Notes: generated by a model not told the origin, from the sequence alone. Positions 9,526-19,041 are shown, counted from the first letter of the stretch. The stretch is 64,000 nucleotides of DNA from Nitrososphaeria archaeon (GCA_049976505.1 JBMFIC010000005.1:3315-67314); one strand, 5' to 3'. Translations and numbers: made by a program.

Positions 9526-10269
9526 ATGTTTGCACCATCAGCAGGATACGACAGAGCGCTGACGATATTCTCACCAGATGGAAGGCTGTATCAGGTGGAG
9601 TACGCGGTTGAGACCGTTAGGAGGGGGACGATCGCTATCGGGATCAAGGTAAAGGAGGGGGTTGTTATTGCGGTTGAGGAGAGGGTTAGAAAGCTTCAGA
9701 ACCCGCAGTTCAGCCAGAAGATATTTCAGGTTGACGATCACATAATGATCGCGGCTGCCGGCTTCACCCCCGACGCCAGGGTTCTGGTTGATGCCGCTAG
9801 AACCCTTGCCCAGAACAACAGGCTGATTTACGACGAGGAGGTTGAGGTGGAGACCGTCGCGAAGGAGCTTGGGGACCTGGCCCAGCAGTACACGCAGTAC
9901 GCAGGGGTCAGGCCGTTCGGGGTCTCCCTGATAATCGCGGGGATAAACAAGGACGGGGCTTCCCTTTTCATAACAGATCCAAGCGGGACCTACCTTGAGT
10001 ACAGCGCGGTCGCCATAGGAGGCGGAAGCGACGTGGCAAACGAGTACCTCGAGCAGAACTACAGGGAGGACCTCTCCCTTGGCGACGCGATCGACCTTGC
10101 GCTCAGGTGCATACTCAGGGTCAACGAGGGCAAGGTTGATCCCATAAACGTCAAGGTGGCCTACATAGAGAGAAAGGACAGGGTCATGAAGACGCTGAGC
10201 AGGGAGGAGATAGCCTCAAGGCTTTCAAGCTTAGCCAAGGAGTTCGAAGGAAAGCAAAATGTCAAGTAA
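9526..10269 (+). CDS. psmA: Proteasome subunit alpha
   Basis: YDRALTIFSPDGRLYQVEYA N-terminal signature. ATG 9526 lies 6 nt after the SD-like AGGTGG. Confidence 0.95.
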   Translation: MFAPSAGYDRALTIFSPDGRLYQVEYAVETVRRGTIAIGIKVKEGVVIAVEERVRKLQNPQFSQKIFQVDDHIMIAAAGFTPDARVLVDAARTLAQNNRLIYDEEVEVETVAKELGDLAQQYTQYAGVRPFGVSLIIAGINKDGASLFITDPSGTYLEYSAVAIGGGSDVANEYLEQNYREDLSLGDAIDLALRCILRVNEGKVDPINVKVAYIERKDRVMKTLSREEIASRLSSLAKEFEGKQNVK

Positions 10270-10948
10270 GACGGTGGTAATCAAATACGTGAAGGGCTCC
10301 GAGAAGTTCGAGATAGTGGTCTACGCAGATGCCGCCTTCGATTACAGGCAGAACAAGATAAAGGACCTGGACAAGGTCCTCGTTATAGACGAGGTCTTCA
10401 CGGATTCATCGAAGGGCCAGAGGGCTCCCAGGGACAAGCTGAAGAAGGCCTTCGGCACGGACAACATAAGGGAGATAGAGAAGGAGATCCTGGAGAAGGG
10501 GGAGCTCCCGCTCACAACCGAGCAGAGGCGCAAGCTGATAGAGGACAAGAAGAAGCAGATAGTCGCGATAATTTCAAAGAGCTACGTTGATCCGAAGACG
10601 AACCTGCCTCATCCGGCCATAAGGATCGAGAAGGCCATGGAGATGGCCGGGGTTTCAATAGATCCGGTGAAGTCAGCGGAGGAGCAGGCGAAGCTTGTTG
10701 TTGAGAAGATAAGGCCCTACATAGCGCTCAAGACTGGAAGCGTCACTCTGAGCTTCAGGATCCCGGCCAAGTACGTCTACCAGGTAATAAAGGTGCTCAA
10801 GGAGTTCGGGGAGGTCAAGCAGGAGAGCTGGGAGAGCGACGGGAGCCTTTCAGGGCTCATAGTGATCCCGATAGCAACTCAGGCCGCTTTCCTCGACAGG
10901 ATCGCGTCCATAACTCATGGGGAAGGGCTGGTAAAGCTAGTTGAGTAG
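10259..10948 (+). CDS. Ribosome maturation protein SBDS/Sdo1
   Basis: SBDS pattern (KFEIVVYADAAFDYRQ..VFTDSSKGQRA..AFGTDN..KGELPLTTEQRR). Canonical position in the exosome superoperon. Confidence 0.9.
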   Translation: MSSKTVVIKYVKGSEKFEIVVYADAAFDYRQNKIKDLDKVLVIDEVFTDSSKGQRAPRDKLKKAFGTDNIREIEKEILEKGELPLTTEQRRKLIEDKKKQIVAIISKSYVDPKTNLPHPAIRIEKAMEMAGVSIDPVKSAEEQAKLVVEKIRPYIALKTGSVTLSFRIPAKYVYQVIKVLKEFGEVKQESWESDGSLSGLIVIPIATQAAFLDRIASITHGEGLVKLVE

Positions 10949-11618
10949 GATAGTTCTGCCCGGGGACGTTGCAGGGAAGGGATCCTACAGAACGTGGTCT
11001 AACGTGATAAAGAAGGGCGAAGAGTACTACTCCATCTTCGTGGGGGCTGTTGAGGCAGTAGGGGGAAGGCTCAGGGTCATAAGGCTGACCGGACCCTACC
11101 TCCCGAAGATAGGGGACAGGATCATCGGTGTGGTGAGCGACGTCCAGCCGCTCGCCGTAACCCTTGACATAAACTCCTACGTGAACGGGTACATAATGGC
11201 CAACGCGTTCTTCAGGAGGAGGATAGATCCCTCAAAGCTTGACCTGAGCAAGAAGGTCAACATGGGAGACGTGGTGGCCGCCAGGGTGCAGAGGATAGAG
11301 AGGGGAAGGGACGTCGTGCTTCAGCCAGAGCAGAAGTGGAAGATTGAGGGCGACGCAATCTTCACCATATCGCCGGCGAAGACCAGGTACCTCTTCAACG
11401 TGAGGAGCAGGATATTCAGCAAGATAAGGGAGATGACGGGCGCTGATCTGAGGGTTGGCGTTAACGGCGTCGTCGTCGTCAAGGGCGATCTGAAGAAGAT
11501 AGAAATGGTTAAAAGAGCACTGGACAAGATAGAGTCCAGCTATAACATATCAGGCTTATATGATGAGGTTGTGAAGGTGTTGAAGGAGGATGTCAGCGGA
11601 ACCTCAGCTAATAGTTAA
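10941..11618 (+). CDS. rrp4: Exosome complex RNA-binding subunit Rrp4 (S1+KH)
   Basis: IVLPGD N-terminus, S1 and KH-like regions, position upstream of rrp41. TTG start overlaps the SBDS end. Confidence 0.85.
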   Translation: MSRIVLPGDVAGKGSYRTWSNVIKKGEEYYSIFVGAVEAVGGRLRVIRLTGPYLPKIGDRIIGVVSDVQPLAVTLDINSYVNGYIMANAFFRRRIDPSKLDLSKKVNMGDVVAARVQRIERGRDVVLQPEQKWKIEGDAIFTISPAKTRYLFNVRSRIFSKIREMTGADLRVGVNGVVVVKGDLKKIEMVKRALDKIESSYNISGLYDEVVKVLKEDVSGTSANS

Positions 11619-12315
11619 CGGGAGGAGGACCGACGGAAGAGGGCCAACCGATCTGAGGCCCCTGAGGATAGATGTGGGCATAATCAAGAACGCCGCCGGC
11701 TCATCGTACATAGAGCACGGAAAGAACAAGATAATAGTTGCAATATATGGGCCCAGGGACTCTCACAGGTACGGGATAAACATAGAGCGCGCAACGCTCA
11801 GGTGCAGGTACCACATGTCCCCGTTCTCAACGGAAGAGAGAAAGAACCCCCAGCCCTCAAGGAGGGAGATAGAGATATCAAAGGTCATAAGGGATGCCCT
11901 TGAGCCTGCGCTGCTTCTCGAGAACTTCCCTAAGACGATAATAGACGTGTTTATAGAGGTTCTCCAGAGCGACGGAGGGAGCAGGAGCGCGAGCATAACA
12001 GCTGCCTCAGTTGCGCTAGCTGATGCCGGGATACCCATGAGGGATCTCGTTCAGGCGGTTGCGGTGGGCAAGGTAAACGGAACCCTCGTGCTGGACCTGA
12101 ACGACATAGAGGACAAGGAGGGGGAGGCAGACATGCCGGTTGCATTCATGCTTAACGAGAACAAGATAACCCTGCTGCAGATGGACGGCAAGATGACGGT
12201 GGAGGAGTTCAAGGCAGGGATAACGATGGCCATGGAGGCAGCCAAGAAGATAAAGGAGATACAGAAGGAGGCGCTTCAGAGGAAGTACTCCCAGGCAGGT
12301 GAGGGAAGCAAATGA
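11590..12315 (+). CDS. rrp41: Exosome complex exonuclease Rrp41 (RNase PH domain)
   Basis: RTDGRGPTDLRPLRIDVG..GSSYIEHGKNK..DGGSRSASITAASVALADAG. SD gaaggagg upstream. Confidence 0.92.
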   Translation: MSAEPQLIVNGRRTDGRGPTDLRPLRIDVGIIKNAAGSSYIEHGKNKIIVAIYGPRDSHRYGINIERATLRCRYHMSPFSTEERKNPQPSRREIEISKVIRDALEPALLLENFPKTIIDVFIEVLQSDGGSRSASITAASVALADAGIPMRDLVQAVAVGKVNGTLVLDLNDIEDKEGEADMPVAFMLNENKITLLQMDGKMTVEEFKAGITMAMEAAKKIKEIQKEALQRKYSQAGEGSK

Positions 12316-13142
12316 TGCCCAGGAAGAACCTGCTGGTCAGCGCCATAAGGAGGGAGCAGATACTCAAATCCCTGGCCCAGGGAAAGAGGGTCGACGGAAG
12401 GGGGCTCCTTGACTACAGGCCCCTAACCATAACCCCGAACATAATAGAGAAGGCCGAGGGATCGGCCTACGTGAAGCTGGGGGAGACGCAGGTGGTTGCA
12501 GGGGTCAAGATAGGGCTGGGCTCCCCTTTCCCCGACACGCCTAACGAGGGCATACTCATAGTCAACGCCGAGATACTTCCCACAGCGAGCGAGTACCAGG
12601 AGCCAGGCCCTCCTGACGAGGACGCGATAGAGCTTGCAAGGGTTGTTGACAGGGGCATAAGGGAGAGCAAGATGATAGACTTCACGAAGCTTGTGGTTGA
12701 GCCCGGGAAGCACGTGCACGTGGTCTACGTGGACATAAGCGTGGTGGGCATGGACGGGAACCTCTTCGACGCGGCATCGTACGCCGCGGTCACGGCGCTG
12801 CTTACCACAAGGTTCTACCCCTACGTCCTTCAGGACGGCTCGCTTACAAGGGCAGCCGAGAAGACCGGGCTGCCAGTTCAGGACCTTGCCGTTTCAACGA
12901 CGTTTGCCAAGATCGAGAACTACATAGTTGTTGATCCCACCTGGGAGGAGGAGAGCATAATGGACGCAAGGCTCACTGTGGTCTACGACAGAAGCGGGAA
13001 CATATGCGCTATGCAGAAGGGCGGAAGCGGAGGGATCCCGGTCGACGAGGTGTTCTCCATAGTAGATTTAGCAAAGTCTAAATCTGAGGAGATGAGGAAG
13101 GTATTGGAGAGGGTGGTGCAGGATGCCGGATCTAGGAGCTAA
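12312..13142 (+). CDS. rrp42: Exosome complex subunit Rrp42 (RNase PH-like, inactive)
   Basis: GKRVDGRGLLDYRPL..GSAYVKLGETQV pattern. ATGA overlap with rrp41. Confidence 0.9.
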   Translation: MMPRKNLLVSAIRREQILKSLAQGKRVDGRGLLDYRPLTITPNIIEKAEGSAYVKLGETQVVAGVKIGLGSPFPDTPNEGILIVNAEILPTASEYQEPGPPDEDAIELARVVDRGIRESKMIDFTKLVVEPGKHVHVVYVDISVVGMDGNLFDAASYAAVTALLTTRFYPYVLQDGSLTRAAEKTGLPVQDLAVSTTFAKIENYIVVDPTWEEESIMDARLTVVYDRSGNICAMQKGGSGGIPVDEVFSIVDLAKSKSEEMRKVLERVVQDAGSRS

Positions 13143-13317
13143 ATACGGTCTTACCCTCAGGAGGCGCTACCTTGCGGCCTGGAACAGGCTGAAGAAGAGG
13201 AGGGCGTGCCCCAGGTGCGGGTCCACGAAGTTCAGAAGGATGATTATAGGGGTCTGGATCTGCGAGAAGTGCGGCTACAAGGTAGCAGGAGATGCCTACG
13301 ACCTCGTCCAGGAGTAG
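13123..13317 (+). CDS. rpl37ae: 50S ribosomal protein L37Ae
   Basis: AKYGLTLRRR..CPRCGS..WICEKCGYKVAGDAY zinc ribbon. Confidence 0.85.
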   Translation: MPDLGAKYGLTLRRRYLAAWNRLKKRRACPRCGSTKFRRMIIGVWICEKCGYKVAGDAYDLVQE

Positions 13318-13510
13318 CAAGGTCAGGGTAAGCATAAGGGTCAGGGGGGAGAAAAGGGTTCTGGAGGCCCTTCGCAGGGCCGTTGATGAGTCGAGGATCG
13401 TGGGCTCCGAGCTGGTTATAGAGTCGAGCTTCGAAGACGTTGGGGACGCAAGGGCCTTTCTCAATTCAACCCTTAGAGTTATAAATGCGTCAGTCAATAG
13501 CTTAGAGTAG
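13292..13510 (+). CDS. pcc1: KEOPS complex subunit Pcc1-like
   Basis: 72 aa. C-terminal ARAFLNSTLRVINA resembles the Pcc1 LRAxLNSxLR helix. Superoperon position after L37Ae. Overlaps rpl37ae by 26 nt. Confidence 0.55.
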   Translation: MPTTSSRSSKVRVSIRVRGEKRVLEALRRAVDESRIVGSELVIESSFEDVGDARAFLNSTLRVINASVNSLE

Positions 13511-13511
13511 A

Positions 13512-13883
13512 ATGAGCGAAAACGTTCCTGCGTGGCTTCAGGAGGAGCTTGCAAGGTACGATCAGCTTCAGCAGACCCTTCAGGCCATACTTGCGCAGAA
13601 ACAGCAGATAGACCTTGAAATCGCTGAGCTCGACAGGGCCATCGAGGAGCTGCAGAAGCACCAGGACGACGTGGAGGTCTACAAGGTTGCCGGCAGCATC
13701 ATGGTGAGGAGCAACAAGCAGGATCTCATTAAGGAGCTCCAGGAGAGGAAGGAGCTGGCCAACACCAGGAGGACGGTGCTAAGCAAGCAGGAGGAGAAGG
13801 TGAGGCAGTCGCTGCAGGAGGTCCAGAACAAACTGACGCAAGCTTTAAGAGGAGGAGCCTCTGGACAACAGTTAGCGACCTGA
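13512..13883 (+). CDS. pfdB: Prefoldin subunit beta
   Basis: 123-aa coiled coil flanking the beta-hairpin VYKVAGSIMV; typical prefoldin-beta layout. Confidence 0.85.
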   Translation: MSENVPAWLQEELARYDQLQQTLQAILAQKQQIDLEIAELDRAIEELQKHQDDVEVYKVAGSIMVRSNKQDLIKELQERKELANTRRTVLSKQEEKVRQSLQEVQNKLTQALRGGASGQQLAT

Positions 13884-13884
13884 T

Positions 13885-13959
13885 GGGCCGGTAGCTCAGC
13901 CTGGTTAGAGCGTTCGGCTGATAACCGAAAGGTCGCCGGTTCGAATCCGGCCCGGCCCA
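13885..13959 (+). tRNA. tRNA-Ile (anticodon GAU)
   Basis: Cloverleaf by hand. Acceptor GGGCCGG/CCGGCCC, D arm GCTC..GAGC, anticodon stem TTCGG/CCGAA with loop CTGATAA, T arm GCCGG-TTCGAAT-CCGGC. No encoded CCA. Confidence 0.9.
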
Positions 13960-13966
13960 TCACAAA

Positions 13967-13971
13967 TTTTT
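13967..13971 (+). terminator. T5 tract downstream of pfdB/tRNA-Ile (possible archaeal oligo-T terminator)
   Basis: The run ttttt begins 8 nt after the tRNA 3' end. Archaeal termination commonly uses oligo-T. Confidence 0.3.
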
Positions 13972-13997
13972 GATGGGCTTAAAAATTGTTTTAAAGT

Positions 13998-14006
13998 ATT
14001 TAAATA
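13998..14006 (+). promoter_or_regulatory. TATA box of tbp promoter
   Basis: atttaaata lies ~25-30 nt upstream of the TTG start at 14029, consistent with a leaderless mRNA. Confidence 0.4.
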
Positions 14007-14028
14007 GGTAATTTAAATATATTTTGAA

Positions 14029-14586
14029 TTGCCTAAAACTATAGCGTCCATAAGCATCGAGAACGTTGTGACTTCGGCCTCCGTAAATCAGTCCATAGAT
14101 CTTATAGCGATAACAAAGCTGTTTCCGGACGTTGAGTACCATCCAGAGCAGTTCCCGGGCCTGGTCTTCAGGCTGAAGTCCCCCAAGACAGCGACGCTCA
14201 TATTCAGCTCGGGAAAGATGGTCTGCACCGGTGCCAAGAGCGAGGCACAGGCAAGGAAGGCCGTTGAGACTGTTGTTCAGAAGCTGAGGAAGGCAGGAAT
14301 CGACATAAAGAACGAGCCCATAATCGAGGTCCAGAACATAGTGGCCTCGGCCTCACTGGGTGGAAAGATAAACCTGGAGCAGGCAGCCCAGGTCCTCGAG
14401 CACACGATGTATGAGCCCGAGCAGTTCCCCGGGCTCATCTACAGGATGGACGATCCCAAGACCGTTATACTGCTCTTCGCAAGCGGGAAGCTGGTCTGCA
14501 CAGGGGCAAAGAAGGAGGAGGAAGTCTACAGGGCCGTGGAGAAGCTCCACGAGATGCTCGAGGAGAAGGGACTGATGATCTACTGA
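14029..14586 (+). CDS. tbp: TATA-box-binding protein
   Basis: Two TBP repeats (EQFPGLVFRLKSPKTATLIFSSGKMVCTGAKS / EQFPGLIYRMDDPKTVILLFASGKLVCTGAKK). TTG start. Confidence 0.95.
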   Translation: MPKTIASISIENVVTSASVNQSIDLIAITKLFPDVEYHPEQFPGLVFRLKSPKTATLIFSSGKMVCTGAKSEAQARKAVETVVQKLRKAGIDIKNEPIIEVQNIVASASLGGKINLEQAAQVLEHTMYEPEQFPGLIYRMDDPKTVILLFASGKLVCTGAKKEEEVYRAVEKLHEMLEEKGLMIY

Positions 14587-14645
14587 AGCTGACCAAAAAA
14601 GGTTAATATAACGCACTCAATTTTTGAATAGCTTGGTGTTACAGG

Positions 14646-15317
14646 GTGGGCTCTATATTCTCTATCTTCAGGAGCGGGGAGAAGGAGCTGCTCGACAGCA
14701 TAAGGGCGTATTATGATAAGCTCCACGAGACGCTCATGCTCTTTCAGGAGTTCCTGATCGTCCTTGGCGAGCACAGGGAGCACCAGGATATCTACGAAAA
14801 GATAGACAGGACGGAGACCGAGGCGGACGAGGTTCACGAGAGGCTTGCGGAGAGGATAGCGTCGGGGAGCTTCTTCTCATATATAAGGGATGACTTCCTC
14901 GATCTGATAGAGAAGATGGACTACATCGCTGACTACTCCAAGGACGTGGCGAAGATGCTGAACGAGTACAACGTGTCCCCTAAGGCCATAGACTTCCTCT
15001 TCACCAGGACGCTCTTCAGGGACTACATAAAGGCCCTCATCAGGACCGTTGAGGCCCTGGGAACGGTGCTCTCGATGCTCAGGACTTCTCCGCCAAAGGA
15101 CATCCTGTCCAAGATAAAGGACGTCGAGGCGGCTGAGGAGAAGGCCGACTTCATAAAGGACAAGATACTCATAGAGCTTCACAACTGCTCGAAGGAGCTT
15201 GACATACTGGACGTCATAACGCTCAGGGAAGCCATAAACCTGATGGACAACATAGCCGATTCCGCCGAGGACAGCTCGGACATAATTATAAGGCTGATAG
15301 CGAAGGGATACAAATGA
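14646..15317 (+). CDS. DUF47/PhoU-like phosphate-transport accessory protein
   Basis: 223-aa helical protein (ETEADEVHERL..DFLDLIEKMDYIADY). ATGA-coupled to the PiT gene, a classical pairing. GTG start. Confidence 0.7.
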   Translation: MGSIFSIFRSGEKELLDSIRAYYDKLHETLMLFQEFLIVLGEHREHQDIYEKIDRTETEADEVHERLAERIASGSFFSYIRDDFLDLIEKMDYIADYSKDVAKMLNEYNVSPKAIDFLFTRTLFRDYIKALIRTVEALGTVLSMLRTSPPKDILSKIKDVEAAEEKADFIKDKILIELHNCSKELDILDVITLREAINLMDNIADSAEDSSDIIIRLIAKGYK

Positions 15318-16249
15318 TCGCCTACTACTTGGCAGACCTCGTGCTCCTTTCGCTTCTGATATACCTCTTCGGGCTGAACAACGGGGCCGTATTTGAGGGC
15401 GGGCTTGCTGGCGGAGCCGGCTTCAACTACAGGCTTGCAGCCGTTACCGTGGGGCTCGGGCTCTTTCTGGGGACCTTAATCCAGGGAGCCTACACCGCCA
15501 GGTACGCCAGAACGCTCGGGGTCCTCGGAGGGTTCAGCGGGGCGTTGCTTCTGGTGGTCCAGATATTCCTCTTTTACGTGTTCACGGCAGCTGACCTTCC
15601 GCTCAGCATAACCCAGTCCCTTGTCGGAGGATGGCTGGCGATACTCGTGCTGCAGGGAGTGAGGCACATATCGGAGAGCGTGATCTGGCTTTTCTTCTGG
15701 TGGGTGGTTTCCCCGTTCATAACCATAGCGTTCACCTCGATTCTCTACAAGGGCCTCAGGAGGCTCCTGTTCAGGGTCAACATAGCGACGATGAGCCTGA
15801 TAATAAGGGTTTCAGCTATAGCCACGATATTTTACACCTCCTTCGTGCTTGGGGCGAACAACGTGGGATTCATAGCGGGAGCGTACTCGCTCGGATACCT
15901 TGAGATCGGCCTGCTAGCCGTCTTTGCCGCCCTAGGGGCCCTGAGGGCTGCAAGGATGTCTAAGGCCGTTGGGGAGGACCTCATAGTGGTGGGGCCGCTT
16001 GGGATCATAAGCGCGGTAATAGGGGGGACAACGGTCCTCCTGTTCCTGACGTACCTGGGGCTCCCTGCCTCGCTCACCACGGTTACCCTGGGGGGCCTGA
16101 TAGGGGTGGGGCTTTCGTCTAAGCCCAGGGTTTTCAGATCGGACTACCTCAGGTGGGTCATACTGAGCTGGGCCCTTGCATTCATACTGGGTTTCGCGGT
16201 CGTATACATTCTGGTCGTGATCCTCAGGGGGATTGCCTTCTTGCCGTAG
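15314..16249 (+). CDS. Inorganic phosphate transporter, PiT family (divergent)
   Basis: 311 aa, ~9-10 TM. Two PiT-like repeats (GLNNGAV.. and GANNVGFIAG, cf. GANDVAN). Partner of DUF47. Confidence 0.65.
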   Translation: MIAYYLADLVLLSLLIYLFGLNNGAVFEGGLAGGAGFNYRLAAVTVGLGLFLGTLIQGAYTARYARTLGVLGGFSGALLLVVQIFLFYVFTAADLPLSITQSLVGGWLAILVLQGVRHISESVIWLFFWWVVSPFITIAFTSILYKGLRRLLFRVNIATMSLIIRVSAIATIFYTSFVLGANNVGFIAGAYSLGYLEIGLLAVFAALGALRAARMSKAVGEDLIVVGPLGIISAVIGGTTVLLFLTYLGLPASLTTVTLGGLIGVGLSSKPRVFRSDYLRWVILSWALAFILGFAVVYILVVILRGIAFLP

Positions 16250-16703
16250 ATACGTACTCGGAAACCGCCTTCCATATCCTGTCGTTTCTTCTGTGAAGGT
16301 TCTTAACAACGACCCCCTTTGAGGCGCTCAGGAGCTCCTCCCTGTCGTACATTGAAAGCCCTACGCACAGGATCCTTCCCCCATTAGTCACCCTCACAAC
16401 GCTGCCCCTCTTCACGCCCTCCTCAACCTTCACGATCCCGGGCCTCATGATCGAGGCGCCGTTGAGAACGTGAGGCACTGCCCCTGCGTCAACCTCCACC
16501 TCAGGCAGCTGCGCGGTCCTCCTGTCAAGTATGAACGGAAAAACGAGGTCCTCCTGAAGCACGAAGAAGCCGTCTCCAATGAGCACGGAGGTCTTTTCGT
16601 CGACCTCAAGCTTCTTCTCGGGCGTGAACTCGAAGCCGAGCCTCTCCATGATGAGCCTTGAAAGCTCCCTTGAGTCCCTCTTGCTCAGGAACTGTAACTT
16701 CAA
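16224..16703 (-). CDS. PUA-domain RNA-binding protein (pre-PUA+PUA)
   Basis: C-terminal PUA pattern (VDAGAVPHVLNGASIMRPGIVKVEEGVKRGSVVRV..GRILCVGLS). TTG start. Confidence 0.7.
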   Translation of the reverse strand: MKLQFLSKRDSRELSRLIMERLGFEFTPEKKLEVDEKTSVLIGDGFFVLQEDLVFPFILDRRTAQLPEVEVDAGAVPHVLNGASIMRPGIVKVEEGVKRGSVVRVTNGGRILCVGLSMYDREELLSASKGVVVKNLHRRNDRIWKAVSEYVSTARRQSP

Positions 16704-16757
16704 CCTTATCTAGATCTGGCCAGCTCCTTTTATATAAAATTATTAGGATGTTCTCCA

Positions 16758-17327
16758 TCAGCCGTCATCCTGCCACCTTCTGACCCTCTGGACGGTTATG
16801 ATGGCCCAGAGCTCTATGCAGGCTATTCCGAATATCTCCAGCGTTGCGCTGGATGGCCACTTTATCAGGAGCGCGACGGCCGGCGCCACGAGCCCTATCA
16901 GAAGGGAGGCCATCCCCTCGGCTCTGTCATGGAGCATGGATCCAGCTCCGAACACGACGATCGAGAGGTCTGTCTGGTAAAAGAAGTACGTTGATACGAA
17001 GACGTGCGGCTCGGTGCCCTCGTGATAGATCCCTATGAGCATCAGGAACATCGACGCCACGAGGAGGAACGACGATCCGACAACTTCAAGCCTGTTCACG
17101 GAGAGCGATATAAGGGACACGGAGAACAGCATGAGCATCACGCCTGTCGCAACCATTCCGAGGAGGTTGTAGATGAATGGATACCTCGAGCTCGGCGCGC
17201 CGAACTGGCTGAGCGCATCCCTCGTCAGGACGAACCCGGGGTTGAAGTGATAGCATATCAGGAGGATCACCCATATGTAGATCGAAGCGATGATGCCAGC
17301 CCAGAGCAGGCTCCTGGGACCTTTCAC
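16758..17327 (-). CDS. Polytopic membrane protein (DUF998-like)
   Basis: 189 aa, ~6 TM. Family assignment weak. GTG start. Confidence 0.4.
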   Translation of the reverse strand: MKGPRSLLWAGIIASIYIWVILLICYHFNPGFVLTRDALSQFGAPSSRYPFIYNLLGMVATGVMLMLFSVSLISLSVNRLEVVGSSFLLVASMFLMLIGIYHEGTEPHVFVSTYFFYQTDLSIVVFGAGSMLHDRAEGMASLLIGLVAPAVALLIKWPSSATLEIFGIACIELWAIITVQRVRRWQDDG

Positions 17328-17450
17328 GTGCTTTATATGCGCTCCAGGAGTATAAACGGTTTCACACGATGAACCGGAAAAAGGCTTAAATCTTCATGAT
17401 GAAGAAGAAGAACTGTAGGGGAAGACCCGGAAGGGCCACTCCGCTTAAAG

Positions 17451-18509
17451 ATGATAAAGGGCACCGCTGATCTGCCTCTGCACTGGGGAAGGGCCCCCGA
17501 GTGGCTCTACCGAAAGATGGTGGAGCTGTCGGGGCAGATAGCTTATCTCATAGTTGAGGATAAGGGCAGGGAGGAGCTCCTGAGAAGGCTCTCCGATCCG
17601 TTCTGGTTTCAGGCCTTCGGCTCGGTTCTGGGCTTCGACTGGCACAGCAGCGGCCTGACTACCGTTACCATGGCCGCCCTCAAGGAGTCCCTCTCGAAGC
17701 TTGAGGTTGGGGTCAAGGTTGCAGGGGGAAAGGGGGCTGCAGAGAGCACTCCCGATGAGATAAGAAGGATCAGCGATGACCTCAGCCTGGACGGGGAGAT
17801 CTACGTGAAGTACAGCAGGCTCTCGGCCAAGGTAAACGGGGTTGCCATCCAGGACGGCTACTCGATCTACCAGCACTGGTTCATCCTTTCTGAGGACGGG
17901 AAGTGGGCAGTGGTTCAGCAGGGCCTTAACGGGGAGAAGGGATACGCAAGAAGGTACCACATACTGGGCGACAGGAGCAAGGACATGCTGAGCGACCCTA
18001 ACAGCGGGGTTGCAGCACTGGACCCCAACATGCACGTGATGAACCTAGCAACCGACGGCTCAAGGGAGAACAGGAAGGCCACGCTGGAGCTCCTCTCATC
18101 TGGAAGGGGCCTCGACGCTTACGTGTACGGGGTCAAGAGCCTTCGCCTTGAAAGGTACTTCGACAAGAGGCTCCTGAAGCTGATGGACAGGATAAACCCG
18201 ACAAGCTACGAGGAGCTTCTCCTTACAAGGGGCGTTGGGGCAAAGGCCGTCAGGGCCCTCGCGCTCACCGCGGCGGTGATATACGGTGCTGAGCCTGCAT
18301 ATAAGGATCCAGCGGTCTACTCCTTTGCCCACGGGGGGAAGGACGGGGTGCCTTATCCGGTTGACAGGGCCCTTTACGAGAGCACCATAAGCTACCTGAG
18401 GGAGGTCATAGAGTCCCTCGAGGTTGGATCCGAGGAGAAGAAGGCGATGCTGAAGAGGCTTGCGAGCAACAGCTGGCTAAGGGCCGCGGAGATGGACCTC
18501 AGGGTCTGA
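17451..18509 (+). CDS. Conserved protein of unknown function (DUF763-like)
   Basis: N-terminal DLPLHWGRAPEWL..FWFQAFG..GFDWHSSGLTT resembles my recollection of DUF763. Confidence 0.5.
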   Translation: MIKGTADLPLHWGRAPEWLYRKMVELSGQIAYLIVEDKGREELLRRLSDPFWFQAFGSVLGFDWHSSGLTTVTMAALKESLSKLEVGVKVAGGKGAAESTPDEIRRISDDLSLDGEIYVKYSRLSAKVNGVAIQDGYSIYQHWFILSEDGKWAVVQQGLNGEKGYARRYHILGDRSKDMLSDPNSGVAALDPNMHVMNLATDGSRENRKATLELLSSGRGLDAYVYGVKSLRLERYFDKRLLKLMDRINPTSYEELLLTRGVGAKAVRALALTAAVIYGAEPAYKDPAVYSFAHGGKDGVPYPVDRALYESTISYLREVIESLEVGSEEKKAMLKRLASNSWLRAAEMDLRV

Positions 18510-18510
18510 G

Positions 18511-19041
18511 CTAGAGCCTTGCCTTCCTTATCCTTGAATAGAGGAGATATCCTATGGCGAACGAATAGGAGTTCTGGATGACGTTGAAGGCCGCGGTGAG
18601 GAGGAGAACGGAGCTCAGGGGAGAGAGGCCGAAGAAGCGGGGGGCGTACGCGAGAAAGCCCGGCATGAGCAGCTCTATGAGGGCGTAGTTGGCCGCGGTC
18701 ATGATCAGCGTCCTCAGGGCAGCTGAGGTCACGGCGGAGGCTATGGGCGACCTCCTTGCAAGGGGCCACGCACCGCATATCGCGGAGAGCAGCGCTATGA
18801 GCTTGAAGAGGGGGCCTATGGGGACGAAGCTGCCCAGCCCCATGAGCGCTATGAACAGGGCGAACGAGCTGATAGCTGCGGATGCAGGGCCGGCGTAGAA
18901 GAGGAGGAAGAAAACCGGTATCTCGGCGAAGTCAAAGGTCAGGTAGGAAAGCAGCGGGAAAGGTACCCTGAGCGGCAGTATCTCAAGAACAGCCGCAGCA
19001 GCTGAGAGTATGGACGTGAGCGCCAGCTCCTTTCTGTTCAC
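18511..19041 (-). CDS. ECF-transporter substrate-specific (S) component-like membrane protein
   Basis: 176 aa, ~5-6 TM. LTFDFAEIPVFFLLFYAGP matches the S-component 'xFDxSxIPxxL..GP' block. GTG start. Confidence 0.55.
   Translation of the reverse strand: MNRKELALTSILSAAAAVLEILPLRVPFPLLSYLTFDFAEIPVFFLLFYAGPASAAISSFALFIALMGLGSFVPIGPLFKLIALLSAICGAWPLARRSPIASAVTSAALRTLIMTAANYALIELLMPGFLAYAPRFFGLSPLSSVLLLTAAFNVIQNSYSFAIGYLLYSRIRKARL

Noticed and set aside
17395-17468. Possible C/D-box sRNA (AUGAUGA at 17395..17401, CUGA at 17465..17468).
   Set aside because: Box spacing (~70 nt) is wrong, there is no convincing D'/C' pair or terminal stem, and the 3' half overlaps the DUF763-like start codon region.
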